The notes under the pieces: generated by a model
The model's database searches: none
Told to the model about the DNA's origin: nothing
The model's input: only the letters and a program-made list of their open reading frames with translations
NCBI GenBank assembly: GCA_030950975.1
Contig: JAUZQL010000054.1
Span: 1-35,871 of the forward strand
Length of the DNA: 35,871 nucleotides
Direction of reading: 5' to 3'
DNA from: Mariprofundaceae bacterium
Lineage (GTDB): Bacteria > Pseudomonadota > Zetaproteobacteria > Mariprofundales > Mariprofundaceae
Program-made: the position numbers and the translations under genes
Shown here: one piece after another, positions 1 to 10,392 of the stretch
Layout of the letters: each line of letters starts with the position of its first letter
Position numbering within the stretch: the first letter of the stretch is position 1

Positions 1-1209
1 ATTAAAGGGGGGAAGTGCTGAAATGGAAATACAGGCCACCAAAAAGAAGACCGATGTCCAAGGCATGCGATGAATCAAACCGCCCATGGCTTCCATATTT
101 CTCGAGCCAGTACTGTGTAAGACCGCACCTGCCCCGAGAAAGAGCAAACCCTTAAACAAGGCGTGATTGATGGTGTGATACAATGCCGCAATCAAACCCA
201 ATGCGGCAAGCGTCGGATGGTCAAAGTGTGCCAAGAGCATCGCTAAACCCAAACCGATAAGAATAATGCCAATGTTTTCAATCGAATGGTAAGCTAATAA
301 ACGTTTGAGATCATGTTGTTGCAAAGCCATCAATACACCCGATACCGCCGAACTTGAACCTGCCGCCAAGACGAGTGCGCCCCACCACCATTGAAAATCA
401 CCACTGCCCATCAAGTCCCAAGTGATTCGAATGAAACCAAAGATAGCAACTTTCAACATAATCCCACTCATCAAGGCAGATATATTGGAGGGTGCAACAG
501 GATGCGCATCGGGCAACCAGCCATGCATTGGTACCACACCTGCTTTGGTAGCAAAACCAAATCCAGCCAACAAGAATGCCACAGAAGCCCAAAGCGGTGA
601 GATTGTCGCCTCACGCATCGCTGAAAATTCAAACGAACCCGATGATGCATACAAAGTCGCAAAACTTCCCATAATCAATAAGCCAGCCATGTGCGCCATC
701 AATAAATAAATGAAGCCTGCTTTACGATTTTCAACATGTTGATGTTCATGAGTAACCAGAAAATAGGAAGATACACTCATCAATTCCCAAAATACCATGA
801 AGGTAAAGGCATCATCCGATATCACCACACCCATCATGCCCAAGACAAATAGGGAAAGAAAAATAGCCATTGGTGTTAAACGTTTTTCATGCCTTAAATA
901 GCCTTGTGAATAAATGGCAACAGGTAAAACCAACGCACCAATCACCAACAAAAAGAACGCACCCAAGACATCCAAACGAAGATGCATGGGCAACCACGGC
1001 AGACCCAACGGCAAAACAATGCTTCCACCATGATCTATCAAGCCTGCAAAACCAGCGATACAGGCAAACAAGCCAGCCAGTGCCAGCAAAAAGCATAACA
1101 AAGCACGTTGAACATGCCGTTGATGTTGTAAAAAAGGTGTGACAATGGCTAAAATAAGGAGTGATGCACATGCCAGCAGTGCCATGTTTAAGGATAGGAT
1201 GGCACTCAT
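1..1209 (-). CDS. Proton-conducting antiporter-like membrane subunit of the HyfB/HycC/NuoL family (N-terminal 403 codons; the 3' end runs off the left edge of the window)
   Basis: It is absent from the supplied ORF track because there is no stop codon inside the window. Hand translation of the minus strand, in the frame ending at nt 1, is open from ATG 1209..1207 down to nt 1. The translation reads MSAILSLNMALLACASLLILAIV..LGLPWLPMHLRLDVLGAFFLLVIG..FMVFWELMSVSSYFLV..VPMHGWLPDAHPVAPSNISALMSGIMLKVAIFGF..DLKRLLAYHSIENIGIILIG..HALFKGLLFLGAGAVLHSTGSRNMEAMGGLIHRMPWTSVFFLVACISISALPPFN. It is very hydrophobic. From memory, the motifs resemble E. coli HyfB/HycC more closely than NuoL/M/N. The start ATG overlaps the upstream stop codon (ATGA). 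Confidence 0.85.
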   Translation of the reverse strand, partial: MSAILSLNMALLACASLLILAIVTPFLQHQRHVQRALLCFLLALAGLFACIAGFAGLIDHGGSIVLPLGLPWLPMHLRLDVLGAFFLLVIGALVLPVAIYSQGYLRHEKRLTPMAIFLSLFVLGMMGVVISDDAFTFMVFWELMSVSSYFLVTHEHQHVENRKAGFIYLLMAHMAGLLIMGSFATLYASSGSFEFSAMREATISPLWASVAFLLAGFGFATKAGVVPMHGWLPDAHPVAPSNISALMSGIMLKVAIFGFIRITWDLMGSGDFQWWWGALVLAAGSSSAVSGVLMALQQHDLKRLLAYHSIENIGIILIGLGLAMLLAHFDHPTLAALGLIAALYHTINHALFKGLLFLGAGAVLHSTGSRNMEAMGGLIHRMPWTSVFFLVACISISALPPFN

Positions 1210-1748
1210 CGGGAACGTACCATCAGCAATTCACAGGGCATGCCCGAAACATTGCGCCAGTTGTGTTGTTTGCGCGCATCGTAATACAAGGATTGCATTT
1301 CCGTCAGATGATAGTCACGGTCATCGTATTCCAATAGAACCTCCCCACTTCGCACCCAAACAAAAGCATGGGGGCTGTTAATCCCATATTGGGATTCTTC
1401 AAAACTTCCATCAGCATCGAGTTGCACCAGCATGGGCTCAAAACCAATCGGGCGATGCAAAGATGTGAGGGGAATAAATTGTCCACCTTGATTGAGCGGA
1501 ACCATCGGACGATCATTCAAATCAAAAATCTCGATGTCTTTTTGATCGCCTGTTTCAAGAAAAAATGCAGCTACTGCAATACCCAAACCATCGGCAAGTT
1601 TTTCTAAGGTCGCCACTGAGGGGGAACTTTGCCCTGATTCCAATTGGGATAAGGATGCTGCACTGATGCCCGATTGTTCGGCCAAGGCGCGTTGAGATAA
1701 GCCATGTTGTTGGCGCAATGTTTTAATTTTTTTGCTGATAGGTTGCAT
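1206..1748 (-). CDS. XRE-family helix-turn-helix transcriptional regulator with a C-terminal cupin domain
   Basis: The 180-aa ORF starts at ATG 1748. The N-terminus, IKTLRQQHGLSQRALAEQSGISAASLSQLESGQSSPSVATLEKLADGLG, is a textbook Cro/C1 (XRE) HTH. The C-terminal about 100 aa (..HAFVWVRSGEVLLEYDDRDYHLTEMQSLYYDARKQHNWRNVS..) looks like a cupin_2 fold, as in PuuR-type regulators. Confidence 0.85.
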   Translation of the reverse strand: MQPISKKIKTLRQQHGLSQRALAEQSGISAASLSQLESGQSSPSVATLEKLADGLGIAVAAFFLETGDQKDIEIFDLNDRPMVPLNQGGQFIPLTSLHRPIGFEPMLVQLDADGSFEESQYGINSPHAFVWVRSGEVLLEYDDRDYHLTEMQSLYYDARKQHNWRNVSGMPCELLMVRSR

Positions 1749-1989
1749 AGAAGCGCATTATTCATAATAATGTTCATCTGTAAATATTATTTAACATATT
1801 CGCTGTGCCCTTATCTTCAAGTATTTTTGTCGAGGGTCTTTTGTTTCAAACATGAGATGCTCGATAAAAGATTTTGGGGAGAACAACGCATTCATGTAAA
1901 TGATGATGCATTGGCAAGCTATTTGCTTTATCATGGTTAACGATTGAAATAACGTGCAGAGACATCTGCCATCGTTTATCAGTTCGGTG

Positions 1990-2026
1990 AGTGCGCCTCC
2001 CCTCCTTCCCCTTTAGTGCGCCTCCC
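1990..2026. repeat. 12-nt perfect direct repeat AGTGCGCCTCCC (1990-2001 and 2015-2026) flanking a polypyrimidine tract
   Basis: Read directly from the sequence: gAGTGCGCCTCCCctccttccccttTAGTGCGCCTCCCgag. It is C/T-rich in an otherwise AT-rich 329-bp divergent intergenic region between the XRE regulator and mutS. The repeat exists, but its function is unknown. Confidence 0.6.
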
Positions 2027-2077
2027 GAGCTGGTATTTTTTTATCTCCATTCAGTCTAAAAATGTTAATCTTCGCAC

Positions 2078-4693
2078 ATGACAACCGAACCACCTGAATC
2101 TACAAAAGCAAGTAAGCAAACACCCATGATGCAGCAATACCTCGCCATTAAATCGGATTATAGCGATTGTTTGCTGTTTTATCGTATGGGTGATTTTTAT
2201 GAGATGTTTTTTGATGATGCCATTGATGCGTCAAAAATTCTTGATATCACCTTAACCAAGCGAGGAAAAGCTGACGGCGCTGATATTCCCATGGCGGGAG
2301 TACCTTGGCATCAAGCGGACAATTATTTAGCCAAATTGGTGGCAGCAGGTAAACGTGTGGCGATTTGTGACCAAATGGAAGCGCCAACGGCAGGGAAAGG
2401 ACCTGTACGTCGTGAAGTAGTGCGTGTGGTAACACCCGGTACAATTACTGAATCATCCTTATTGGAGCAGGAAACAAGCGCACCCTTATTGGCGATTGCG
2501 CAACAAGGTGAGGCTTGGGGCTTGGCATCATTGGATATGGCTTCAGGGGCTTGGCGTTTGCAAGAAGGTGTCGGCGAGCAAGTTTTAGATGAACGCTTGG
2601 CAGTCTTAAAGCCTGCTGAAGTCTTGCTGCCTTCCAAAGCGACACTGGCAAATGATTGGCAAGTCTATCGTTTGGGTGATTGGAGTTTTTCGGCATCGGT
2701 CGCACAAGAACAATTACAACAGCGTTTTGGTATCAAAGATTTCACATCCTTAAATTTAGATGGGCATCCAGATGTCGCTGCGGCAATTGGTGCGGTGTTG
2801 GTCTATTTAGAACAAACACAAAAATGTGATGTTGGACATTTACAATTACCAGTCTTTAAAGAACAAGCTATGGGCATGCAAATTGATGTTCGCTCACGTC
2901 GCAATCTTGAAGTGTATGCGGCACTCAATGGTGATCGAAAATCAGGCATGATGCATATCCTTGATCAAAGTTGTACGCCCATGGGTGCACGTTTGTTACG
3001 CGAATGGATTGATCATCCGCTATTGGATGTCGCCATGATTGAAGCACGACAAGATGCGGTTCAACAGCTCCTTGAATGTCGGGATACAAACGATGATTTA
3101 AGACAATCATTGGCAACTATTCGAGATATGGAACGGATGCTAACACGCATTGTTTTGCATCGTGCTGCACCCAGAGATTTGCGTGGTCTGACTGATTCCT
3201 TGTTGATGTTACCCGATGTTCAACAGATTTTAGAAGGATGTACAGGCTTGTTAGCGGAGGTAAAACCCGCTTTATTGGGTCTGGAAGCTTTGGCGCAGAC
3301 ATTGAACCAAGCATTAGAAAGCACCATGCCTGCCGTATTTCATGCAGGTGGCGTGATTCAATGCGGTTTTGATGCAGAATTGGATCGTTTGCGGGCTTTG
3401 GCAGACGATGCCGATGATTGGTTGCGAGCTTATGAAGAAAAAGAGCGTGAACGCACAGGCTTGCAAAACCTTCGAGTGAAATACAACAAAGTGTTTGGTT
3501 ATTTTATTGAAATATCCAAAGCACAATCAGCGGATGCACCACACGATTATGTACGCAAACAAACCCTAGTGAATGCGGAACGCTTTATCACCGATGAATT
3601 ACACAGTTTTGAAACAGAAATTCTAGGGGCAAAAGATGCAGCGATGACCCGTGAATCAGAATTATTGGAACAATTGCATCACATGATTAGCCAAGCAGCA
3701 AGCAGTATTCAACAAGCCGCCGCCGCCGTGGCATCTATTGATGTATTGGCATGTTTTGCATACTTGGCAGCAAGCCATGATTACCATCGACCAGAAGTGC
3801 ATCATGGTCGGGTATTAAGTATTGAATCAGGGCGACATGCGGTAGTCGAACAATGTCTCAAGGACGATAGTTTTGTTGCCAATGATACCCATATGGATGC
3901 TAAATCACGTCGGTTTATGTTGCTTACAGGGCCGAATATGGGCGGTAAATCTACCTATATGCGGCAAGTAGCATGGGTTGTTTGGCTGGCACATACAGGT
4001 TGTTTTGTACCTGCCGATTCGGCTCGTATTCCGCTCACAAGTCGTTTATTTACGCGTGTGGGTGCTGGCGATGAATTGGCAAGTGGACGTTCCACATTTA
4101 TGGTAGAAATGATGGAAACCGCAGCGATTTTGAATCAATTAGAACCACGTTCTTTGGTGATTGTCGATGAAATTGGGCGTGGTACAAGCACTTGGGATGG
4201 TTTGGCGATTGCTTGGGCAGTTGCAGAACAATTGATTGATGCTGATGATGTTTTTACCTTATTTGCGACCCATTACCATGAATTAACAGAATTACCTGAA
4301 CATCATCAAGAAGCTTTCAATGCCTCCGTGACGGTGCGTGAATGGAATGGGCAAGTCATTTTCATGCACAAAGTTATCGAAGATGCAGCGGATCAATCGT
4401 ATGGTATTGCAGTAGCACAATTGGCAGGTTTACCGCCTCAAGTGGTCAAACGTGCCCGTGAACATTTGCATCGTTTGGAACATGGCGCACCTTTGGTCAA
4501 CGAACAAGATGTCGCTCAGTTGGGTTTGTTTGCCGAAGCTGAAAAACGCAAGCAAGCCAAGCATTTGAAACATTTACAAGATTTAGAATCTCGTTTGCAA
4601 GCCGTGGATGTGAATCAAATGCGACCTATTGAAGCCTTATTATATGTGGAAGAACTCAAAGCAACACTGGAGTCTGATGATGGCGAAAAATAA
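2078..4693 (+). CDS. mutS: DNA mismatch repair protein MutS
   Basis: The 871-aa ORF starts at ATG. It has [34 protein letters not shown] (mismatch-binding domain), the Walker A motif [16 protein letters not shown], and [18 protein letters not shown]-terminal QLGLF resembles a beta-clamp-binding motif. Confidence 0.97.
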   Translation: MTTEPPESTKASKQTPMMQQYLAIKSDYSDCLLFYRMGDFYEMFFDDAIDASKILDITLTKRGKADGADIPMAGVPWHQADNYLAKLVAAGKRVAICDQMEAPTAGKGPVRREVVRVVTPGTITESSLLEQETSAPLLAIAQQGEAWGLASLDMASGAWRLQEGVGEQVLDERLAVLKPAEVLLPSKATLANDWQVYRLGDWSFSASVAQEQLQQRFGIKDFTSLNLDGHPDVAAAIGAVLVYLEQTQKCDVGHLQLPVFKEQAMGMQIDVRSRRNLEVYAALNGDRKSGMMHILDQSCTPMGARLLREWIDHPLLDVAMIEARQDAVQQLLECRDTNDDLRQSLATIRDMERMLTRIVLHRAAPRDLRGLTDSLLMLPDVQQILEGCTGLLAEVKPALLGLEALAQTLNQALESTMPAVFHAGGVIQCGFDAELDRLRALADDADDWLRAYEEKERERTGLQNLRVKYNKVFGYFIEISKAQSADAPHDYVRKQTLVNAERFITDELHSFETEILGAKDAAMTRESELLEQLHHMISQAASSIQQAAAAVASIDVLACFAYLAASHDYHRPEVHHGRVLSIESGRHAVVEQCLKDDSFVANDTHMDAKSRRFMLLTGPNMGGKSTYMRQVAWVVWLAHTGCFVPADSARIPLTSRLFTRVGAGDELASGRSTFMVEMMETAAILNQLEPRSLVIVDEIGRGTSTWDGLAIAWAVAEQLIDADDVFTLFATHYHELTELPEHHQEAFNASVTVREWNGQVIFMHKVIEDAADQSYGIAVAQLAGLPPQVVKRAREHLHRLEHGAPLVNEQDVAQLGLFAEAEKRKQAKHLKHLQDLESRLQAVDVNQMRPIEALLYVEELKATLESDDGEK

Positions 4694-7265
4694 GAAAAAT
4701 ATAGCTGTCATGCAGCCAATATATGACATCATTAGCGAACAATTGGAGCAGGGTGCATCGGGCGAAGTCTTGATGAAAAGTATGTGTCAGCAAGTGGATG
4801 TTTTTCTCATTCAACTTTGGCAAGAAAAAGCACCGTATGCAGCCAAGTGTGTTGATTTGGTGGCGGTGGGTGGTTATGGACGTGGAGAACTCGCACCTCA
4901 ATCCGATTGGGATTTGTGGTTTTTAACCGATGATCATCTGGATGAAGCATGTCAAAAGGATATTGAAGTGTTTTTGTATGCCTTATGGGATGTGGGTGCA
5001 AAAATTGGTTATGCCGTGCGAACCAACGCACAAACATTGGAGCATATCAAAGAAGATTGGACCTCTGCAACAGCAGCTTTGGAAACTCGTCTATTGTTTG
5101 GAAAGGGTCATCTGTTTGAGCGTATGCATGAAAAAACCACCAAGTTCTTTAAGAAAAAACGCAAAGCCTTTGTGGAAGCCAAGTTAAATGAATTTGAAAG
5201 TCGCCACAAAAATACAGGTGGCACAGCGTTTTTGATGGAACCTGACATCAAGGAATGCAAAGGTGGTTTGCGTGATGTGCAAAGTATTTTTTGGATGGCA
5301 AAAGCTTGGTATGGCAGTCAATGTTGTGACGATTTAGTCCATCAAGGCGCATTATCTTTGCGTGAATATGAACATTTATCGACAGCCCAAGATTTTTTAT
5401 GGCGGTGTCGTGCTGCGTTACATTTAGAAGTTCAACGCCCCAATAACCGTTTGGGTTATGAGCAACAAGCTATTTTAGCCGAACAACTGGGTTATGAAGA
5501 TCATGATGATCATTTTGCAGTCGAATGGTTTATGAAGGATTATTTTCGACATGCAGGACGTATTGCTCGGGTATCGCGTTTGCTGGTCATGTATTTTCAA
5601 GAATGTTTACATCCCCAATTATTTGCCTTTGAACGTAATATTGAAGATGGATTTACCTTAGAAGGGCAGCTTGTTGGTGTACAACATGCCCGTGTTTTTC
5701 AAGATGATCCTTTACGATTATTGAGGATTTTTCATGTAGCACAACAAGATAAACGTCTTTTATCCAGTGTTGCATTGCGTCAAATTCGAGCCGATGTCTT
5801 GTTGATTGATGATGATTTTCGTACGAATCCTGAAGCGCATCGTATATTTTTACGTATTTTGCGTGATCGGAGAAATGTCGCTCATGCTTTGCAAGCCATG
5901 CATAATACAGGTGTATTGGGGCGATTCATTGTCGCGTTTCGTGATATTGTCGGTTTAGGGCAATTCAATCGTTATCATGCGTATACAGTCGATGAACATA
6001 CTTTACGGGCAGTCGGCGAAGCGCGTAATTTTTATCATGATGAACATACCACCCGCTTACCTTTAGCCAAGCAAGTGTGGCATAAAATAAGCCGCCCTGA
6101 ACTGCTGTATTTGGCATTGATTTTTCATGATATTGCCAAAGGCATGAAAGGGGATCATTCCATCAATGGTGAGGGGCTGGCACGTGATTTCTGCCAAAGT
6201 ATTGATTTGTCGACAGATGCCAGTGAATTGGTCGCATGGTTGGTGCTGAAGCATTTAAGCATGGCTGTGACATCGCAGCGTTTTGATTTATCCGATCCAG
6301 AAGTGATTAAAGATTTTGCAAACCAAGTCGGTGATTTAGAACGCCTGAATTATTTATTCTTATTAACAGTCGCAGATATTTCAGCCGTGGGACCGAATGT
6401 TTGGAATGATTGGAAAGGCAGCTTATTGAGTGAATTGTATCGAAGTACGGTGCGTTGTTTGATGCAAGGTGGTGAAAAAAACGAGGTGTTACAACAAGAT
6501 CGAAAAGAACGCTTGGATACACGCATTTCAAGTGCTTTACGGAATGATCGAGGTGAAACTTTACGTCAGTTAAGTGATGCTTTATATCGTTTGCCTTGGC
6601 GTTGTGTGATGCACTTTCCACCTCGGCAGTTGAATCCGTTGGCAAAGTTATTGGTTGAAGGAAACGAAGGTATACGATTTTATTCGGATAAAGTGGCAGG
6701 TGAAACCTTGGTCATGATATGGGTCAAGGATCAAGAAAATTTATTTGCCAGATTAACCAGTGCGATTGCTATGGGACACATCAATATATTGGCTGCCCAA
6801 GCATTTGATTTGAAGGATGGACGTGTCTTGGATGTATTTCATGTTCAGGATATGGAAGGAAAAATATTAAGCCATGATACTGATTTGGAACGTGTACAAA
6901 GACGTTTGGAAAAAGCATTGAAGCATCCAACTGAACGAACCCCAATAGCGCCGATAAAACAGGATAAAATTACCCTGTTGATGCGCAATGTCCCTTTAAG
7001 GGTTAAGGAGCTGGCTGTAAGCTCGGACCATCAAACAACCATTGAAGTTGCCGCCAGTGAGCAGCCTGCATTATTGTCTCGTTTAGCTTGGGTCATCAGT
7101 GATATGGGCTTTGCTTTGAAAGGTGCAGCCATTAGCACCTTTGGTGAGCAAGTGGTGGATGTGTTTTTTATAGAGGGAGAACAAGGCGGCTGTTTGACGG
7201 ATGATGAAATCAATGGCTTATGTGTGGCATTAAAAGAAGAAGCGAGTTTACCTGAAGATGCATGA
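4677..7265 (+). CDS. glnD: [Protein-PII] uridylyltransferase / uridylyl-removing enzyme GlnD
   Basis: The ORF has a nucleotidyltransferase motif ([19 protein letters not shown]), an HD domain ([11 protein letters not shown]) and two C-terminal ACT-like regions. The track start at 4629 is a TTG lying 65 nt inside mutS. I prefer the tandem ATGs at 4677/4680, which follow GGAG at 4669-4672. ATG 4710 is also possible. With this start the gene overlaps the mutS 3' end by about 14-17 nt. Confidence 0.92.
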   Translation: MMAKNKKNIAVMQPIYDIISEQLEQGASGEVLMKSMCQQVDVFLIQLWQEKAPYAAKCVDLVAVGGYGRGELAPQSDWDLWFLTDDHLDEACQKDIEVFLYALWDVGAKIGYAVRTNAQTLEHIKEDWTSATAALETRLLFGKGHLFERMHEKTTKFFKKKRKAFVEAKLNEFESRHKNTGGTAFLMEPDIKECKGGLRDVQSIFWMAKAWYGSQCCDDLVHQGALSLREYEHLSTAQDFLWRCRAALHLEVQRPNNRLGYEQQAILAEQLGYEDHDDHFAVEWFMKDYFRHAGRIARVSRLLVMYFQECLHPQLFAFERNIEDGFTLEGQLVGVQHARVFQDDPLRLLRIFHVAQQDKRLLSSVALRQIRADVLLIDDDFRTNPEAHRIFLRILRDRRNVAHALQAMHNTGVLGRFIVAFRDIVGLGQFNRYHAYTVDEHTLRAVGEARNFYHDEHTTRLPLAKQVWHKISRPELLYLALIFHDIAKGMKGDHSINGEGLARDFCQSIDLSTDASELVAWLVLKHLSMAVTSQRFDLSDPEVIKDFANQVGDLERLNYLFLLTVADISAVGPNVWNDWKGSLLSELYRSTVRCLMQGGEKNEVLQQDRKERLDTRISSALRNDRGETLRQLSDALYRLPWRCVMHFPPRQLNPLAKLLVEGNEGIRFYSDKVAGETLVMIWVKDQENLFARLTSAIAMGHINILAAQAFDLKDGRVLDVFHVQDMEGKILSHDTDLERVQRRLEKALKHPTERTPIAPIKQDKITLLMRNVPLRVKELAVSSDHQTTIEVAASEQPALLSRLAWVISDMGFALKGAAISTFGEQVVDVFFIEGEQGGCLTDDEINGLCVALKEEASLPEDA

Positions 7266-7506
7266 ACTATTGGCATCGCCAGAGCAATGCCTTAGTTTAT
7301 TTGGTTCTGTGGTAATTTTATTGGCTTATTTTCTCATGGTATCTAAACCTGATAAAAAAATATTATCTTTTTATATAAGTATATTAGGCGGTATTTCCTT
7401 GCTTATCATGGCATTTTTATATGCCAATGTTGGATTGATTTTTTTAGAAGTTTCTCGGATTTCCATCAATGCTTGGGGCATTTGGCAAGCTTATCAAAAA
7501 AAGTAA
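7258..7506 (+). CDS. Small hypothetical membrane protein (82 aa, about three predicted TM helices)
   Basis: The ATG start overlaps the glnD stop by 8 nt. Three hydrophobic stretches are present (LSLFGSVVILLAYFLMV, ILSFYISILGGISLLIMAFLY, VGLIFLEVSRISINAWGIW). The gene is markedly AT-rich and I recognise no family with certainty. Confidence 0.5.
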   Translation: MHELLASPEQCLSLFGSVVILLAYFLMVSKPDKKILSFYISILGGISLLIMAFLYANVGLIFLEVSRISINAWGIWQAYQKK

Positions 7507-7537
7507 CACCGAGCTTTTTATGTCAACTTAGATCACA

Positions 7538-7936
7538 TCAATCAATACAGTTGCGTAATTGTGTATCAATCTTGATGATGTGATTTAATAGCCAGCTTTC
7601 AAGAAAATCATGTATTTTTTGTATCAAATCTTTGCTGACACCTTCGCTATCCAGTTGATGACGGTATTTCGTATACGTTTTTAATAGTTTGGTATGAATT
7701 TCTTTATTTTTCGCTCCAACAGGGCATTTATAGCGGCGCATACAAATTTCTTCATAACAAAAGTGACTGCGAGTAAAAATACCGAGTTGATCCATGAGCA
7801 TATTGATATACTCATCATCAGCATTGCCTGTTTGCATGTGTTCTTCTAAATCATCTAAATATTGAAAAAGAATTTTATGTTGCTTATCAATGTTAGGTTC
7901 ACCTGTATTGTACTCATCTTTCCAAATAACTGTCAT
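7538..7936 (-). CDS. Bacteriohemerythrin (hemerythrin-like metal-binding protein)
   Basis: The sequence MTVIWKDEYNTGEPNIDKQHKILFQYL..HF.YEE..M....H...H..L...WLLNHIIKIDTQL carries the hemerythrin His/Glu/Asp ligand pattern (W.D.Y..G...ID..H, HF..EE, WL..HI...D). The track start at 7969 is less likely than ATG 7936, which is preceded by AAGGAG with 7-nt spacing (minus strand aaAAGGAGaaatacatATG). Confidence 0.85.
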   Translation of the reverse strand: MTVIWKDEYNTGEPNIDKQHKILFQYLDDLEEHMQTGNADDEYINMLMDQLGIFTRSHFCYEEICMRRYKCPVGAKNKEIHTKLLKTYTKYRHQLDSEGVSKDLIQKIHDFLESWLLNHIIKIDTQLRNCID

Positions 7937-7982
7937 ATGTATTTCTCCTTTATTTTTAATCGTTGTCACAAAGTGCGTAATC

Positions 7983-8771
7983 TCAGTGAAAAAGTAACTG
8001 TTTCACAGCATCCCCTGGAATTTCTTGGCGCATCAACGATTCACCCACTAAAAAACCATAAATATCGGCTTGATTCATCATTTGAATATCATCATGGGTG
8101 AAAATACCTGATTCTGTAATCACCGTACGTTCGCTGCCGACTTCGTGTTGTAAATCAAGTGTGGTTTGCAATGAAATATCAAAGCTATGTAAGTTCCGAT
8201 TATTGATACCCATCAACGATGTATTCAAATCCATTGCACGTTCCAATTCTTGAGCGTTATGGACTTCAGGTAAGATAGATAACCCCAATTCTTTGGCCGT
8301 TGCCGCCAATTCATGCGCCAAACCATCATCAATCATGGCAAGAATGATTAAAATACAATCGGCACCCATCGCACGAGCTTCGATGATTTGATAAGGGTCG
8401 ACAATAAATTCTTTGCGAAGAATCGGAATCGTTACCGCTTGGCGAATATCGCGAACATAGTCATCAGAACCTTGAAAATACTTCACGTCCGTCAACACGG
8501 ATAAACAGCTTGCTCCACCCTCTTCATAACTTTTGGCAATCCAAACAGCATCAAAATCATCACGAATCATACCTTTGGAAGGCGATGCTTTTTTGACTTC
8601 GGTAATCACGGCATTTTGTTTGTTGGCAATGCGCTGTGTCAATGCGCCTGAAAAATCCAAGGGTTGATAGGCTTGCGCTTGATTCAATAAACTCGCTTCA
8701 GATTGTTTCTTTTTACAGTTTACAACCCACTCACGTTTATACGCCGCAATTTCTTTAAGAATCGAACTCAT
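7983..8771 (-). CDS. trpC: Indole-3-glycerol-phosphate synthase (monofunctional)
   Basis: The 262-aa ORF contains ITEVKKASPSKG, SVLTDVKYFQGS and NNRNL motifs. Its ATG overlaps the trpD stop (ATGA at 8768-8771). Confidence 0.95.
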   Translation of the reverse strand: MSSILKEIAAYKREWVVNCKKKQSEASLLNQAQAYQPLDFSGALTQRIANKQNAVITEVKKASPSKGMIRDDFDAVWIAKSYEEGGASCLSVLTDVKYFQGSDDYVRDIRQAVTIPILRKEFIVDPYQIIEARAMGADCILIILAMIDDGLAHELAATAKELGLSILPEVHNAQELERAMDLNTSLMGINNRNLHSFDISLQTTLDLQHEVGSERTVITESGIFTHDDIQMMNQADIYGFLVGESLMRQEIPGDAVKQLLFH

Positions 8772-9832
8772 ATCGCTGCCTTTTGTGTCAATGCAATCAG
8801 TGCATCGAGTGTTTTTTGTACTTGTCCCGAATCAATCGCCTCGGCAGCCATCGATAAGCCATCGCCAATACCATCCACTTTACCTGCGACCCAAAGGGCA
8901 GCCGCCGCATTGAGTAAGACAATATCACGCCCTGCACCTTGTGTGCCTGCAAAAATATGACGCAAAATAGCCGCATTGGTCGCAGCATCACCACCTTCTA
9001 AAGCCGAAGGGCTGGCAAATGGCATACCAAAGGCTTCAGGATCAATTTCAAAGGACATCGGTGGACGACCTTGTTCAACCCAAATCGCATCTGTAATCGC
9101 TGTGGTGGTGATTTCATCCAAACCATCACGACCATGTACCACCAAAGCACGTTTGATGTCTAAATGCTGTAATGCACCTGCCATTAAGGGCAGTTTATCT
9201 TTGGCAAACACCCCTAAAAGTTGATAATCTGCATTGGCAGGATTGCTTAAAGGGCCTAATAAATTAAACAGCGTTCGCACGCCCATGTCACGGCGTACAG
9301 GACCAGCATGTTTCATCGCAGGGTGATGATGAGGTGCAAATAAAAAACCAATACCCACCTCATCAATACATGTCGCTACATGTTCAGGTTTCAGGTGAAG
9401 ATTGACACCCAATGCTTCCAAAACATCCGCCGCTCCCGATTTAGAAGACATGGCACGGTTGCCATGTTTCGCAACGGGTACACCACACGCAGCCGTTACC
9501 AAAGCAACAGCCGTGGAAATATTGAATGTTTTGGCACCATCCCCACCTGTTCCGCAGGTATCTAAAAGACCTGTGGATTGAGGATAAATATGGGTCGCCG
9601 CATCACGCATGGCTTTGGCAGCACCTGTCAGTAAGGCTACAGTTTCACCACGCAATGACATGCCCATCAATATCGCCGCCATGTGTGCTTGGCTAAACTC
9701 ACCAGCCATCATCGCTGTAAAAATAGCTTCACTTTGTGCTTCCGTGATCGGCTCATTGGCTTGTAATTGTTGCAAGCTTTGTTGGGCTAAGGATTGATTG
9801 AATGGCTGATTTAATGGTTGGTTCATAAGCAT
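8768..9832 (-). CDS. trpD: Anthranilate phosphoribosyltransferase
   Basis: The ORF contains [38 protein letters not shown] and a GIGFLFAP motif. There are two candidate ATGs, at 9832 and 9826. The latter forms an ATGA overlap with the trpG stop. The N-terminus is Q/N-rich ([21 protein letters not shown]). Confidence 0.95.
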   Translation of the reverse strand: MLMNQPLNQPFNQSLAQQSLQQLQANEPITEAQSEAIFTAMMAGEFSQAHMAAILMGMSLRGETVALLTGAAKAMRDAATHIYPQSTGLLDTCGTGGDGAKTFNISTAVALVTAACGVPVAKHGNRAMSSKSGAADVLEALGVNLHLKPEHVATCIDEVGIGFLFAPHHHPAMKHAGPVRRDMGVRTLFNLLGPLSNPANADYQLLGVFAKDKLPLMAGALQHLDIKRALVVHGRDGLDEITTTAITDAIWVEQGRPPMSFEIDPEAFGMPFASPSALEGGDAATNAAILRHIFAGTQGAGRDIVLLNAAAALWVAGKVDGIGDGLSMAAEAIDSGQVQKTLDALIALTQKAAI

Positions 9833-10392
9833 ACCTCAAGAAAATTCTTCAACATCTGATGACCGTGTTCGGTTAAAATTGATTCAGGATGAAATTGAAC
9901 ACCAAAGGTGGGATGTTCTTTGTGACGCAAGCCCATCAATTCCCCTTCGGCTGTCCAAGCCGTGCGCTGCAAACACTCGGGAAGCGGCTCATCGACAATC
10001 AGCGAATGGTAACGTGTGGCTGTAAAAGGCGAGGGAAGACCTGCAAAAATACCCTTACCATCATGTTCAATAGGACTGGTTTTGCCATGCATCAAACGTG
10101 GGGCACGAATCACCGAACCACCAAAGACTTGTGCCATCGATTGATGCCCTAAACAGACTCCAAAAATAGGTAACGTGCCTGAAAATTGTCGAATCACATC
10201 CATTGAAATACCCGCATCATCAGGTGTGCAAGGACCGGGTGAAATCAAGATGCGGTCGGGTGAAAGTTCGCGAATATCATCAATACTCACGTCATCATTG
10301 CGATAAATGATGGGGGTTTCACCCAATTCACCCAAATATTGAACCAAATTGAAGGTAAATGAATCGTAATTATCAATCACCAAGATGCTCAT
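9823..10392 (-). CDS. trpG: Anthranilate synthase component II (class I glutamine amidotransferase), possibly shared with PABA synthesis
   Basis: The 189-aa ORF has the catalytic GVCLGHQ motif and HPES. It forms an ATGA overlap with the trpE stop at 10389-10392. Confidence 0.92.
   Translation of the reverse strand: MSILVIDNYDSFTFNLVQYLGELGETPIIYRNDDVSIDDIRELSPDRILISPGPCTPDDAGISMDVIRQFSGTLPIFGVCLGHQSMAQVFGGSVIRAPRLMHGKTSPIEHDGKGIFAGLPSPFTATRYHSLIVDEPLPECLQRTAWTAEGELMGLRHKEHPTFGVQFHPESILTEHGHQMLKNFLEVCL

Noticed and set aside
391-1381. Plus-strand ORFs from the track (391..600, 422..709, 870..1142, 1139..1381) and the minus-strand ORF 887..1171
   Set aside because: They lie within or antisense to the long open minus-strand frame encoding the HyfB/NuoL-like protein, whose translation has clear family motifs, or within the XRE regulator gene. 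Their products are low-complexity or Cys/His-rich, typical of shadow ORFs, and none has an SD.
1704-1940. 78-aa plus-strand ORF in the regulator/mutS spacer
   Set aside because: It starts inside the XRE gene on the opposite strand and has no SD. Its AT-rich sequence is full of F/L/Y/C codons, as expected from non-coding DNA, and it has no recognisable motif.
4629-4676. The track's start for glnD at 4629
   Set aside because: It is a TTG lying 65 nt inside mutS with no SD. The tandem ATGs at 4677/4680, preceded by GGAG, are a much more conventional start.
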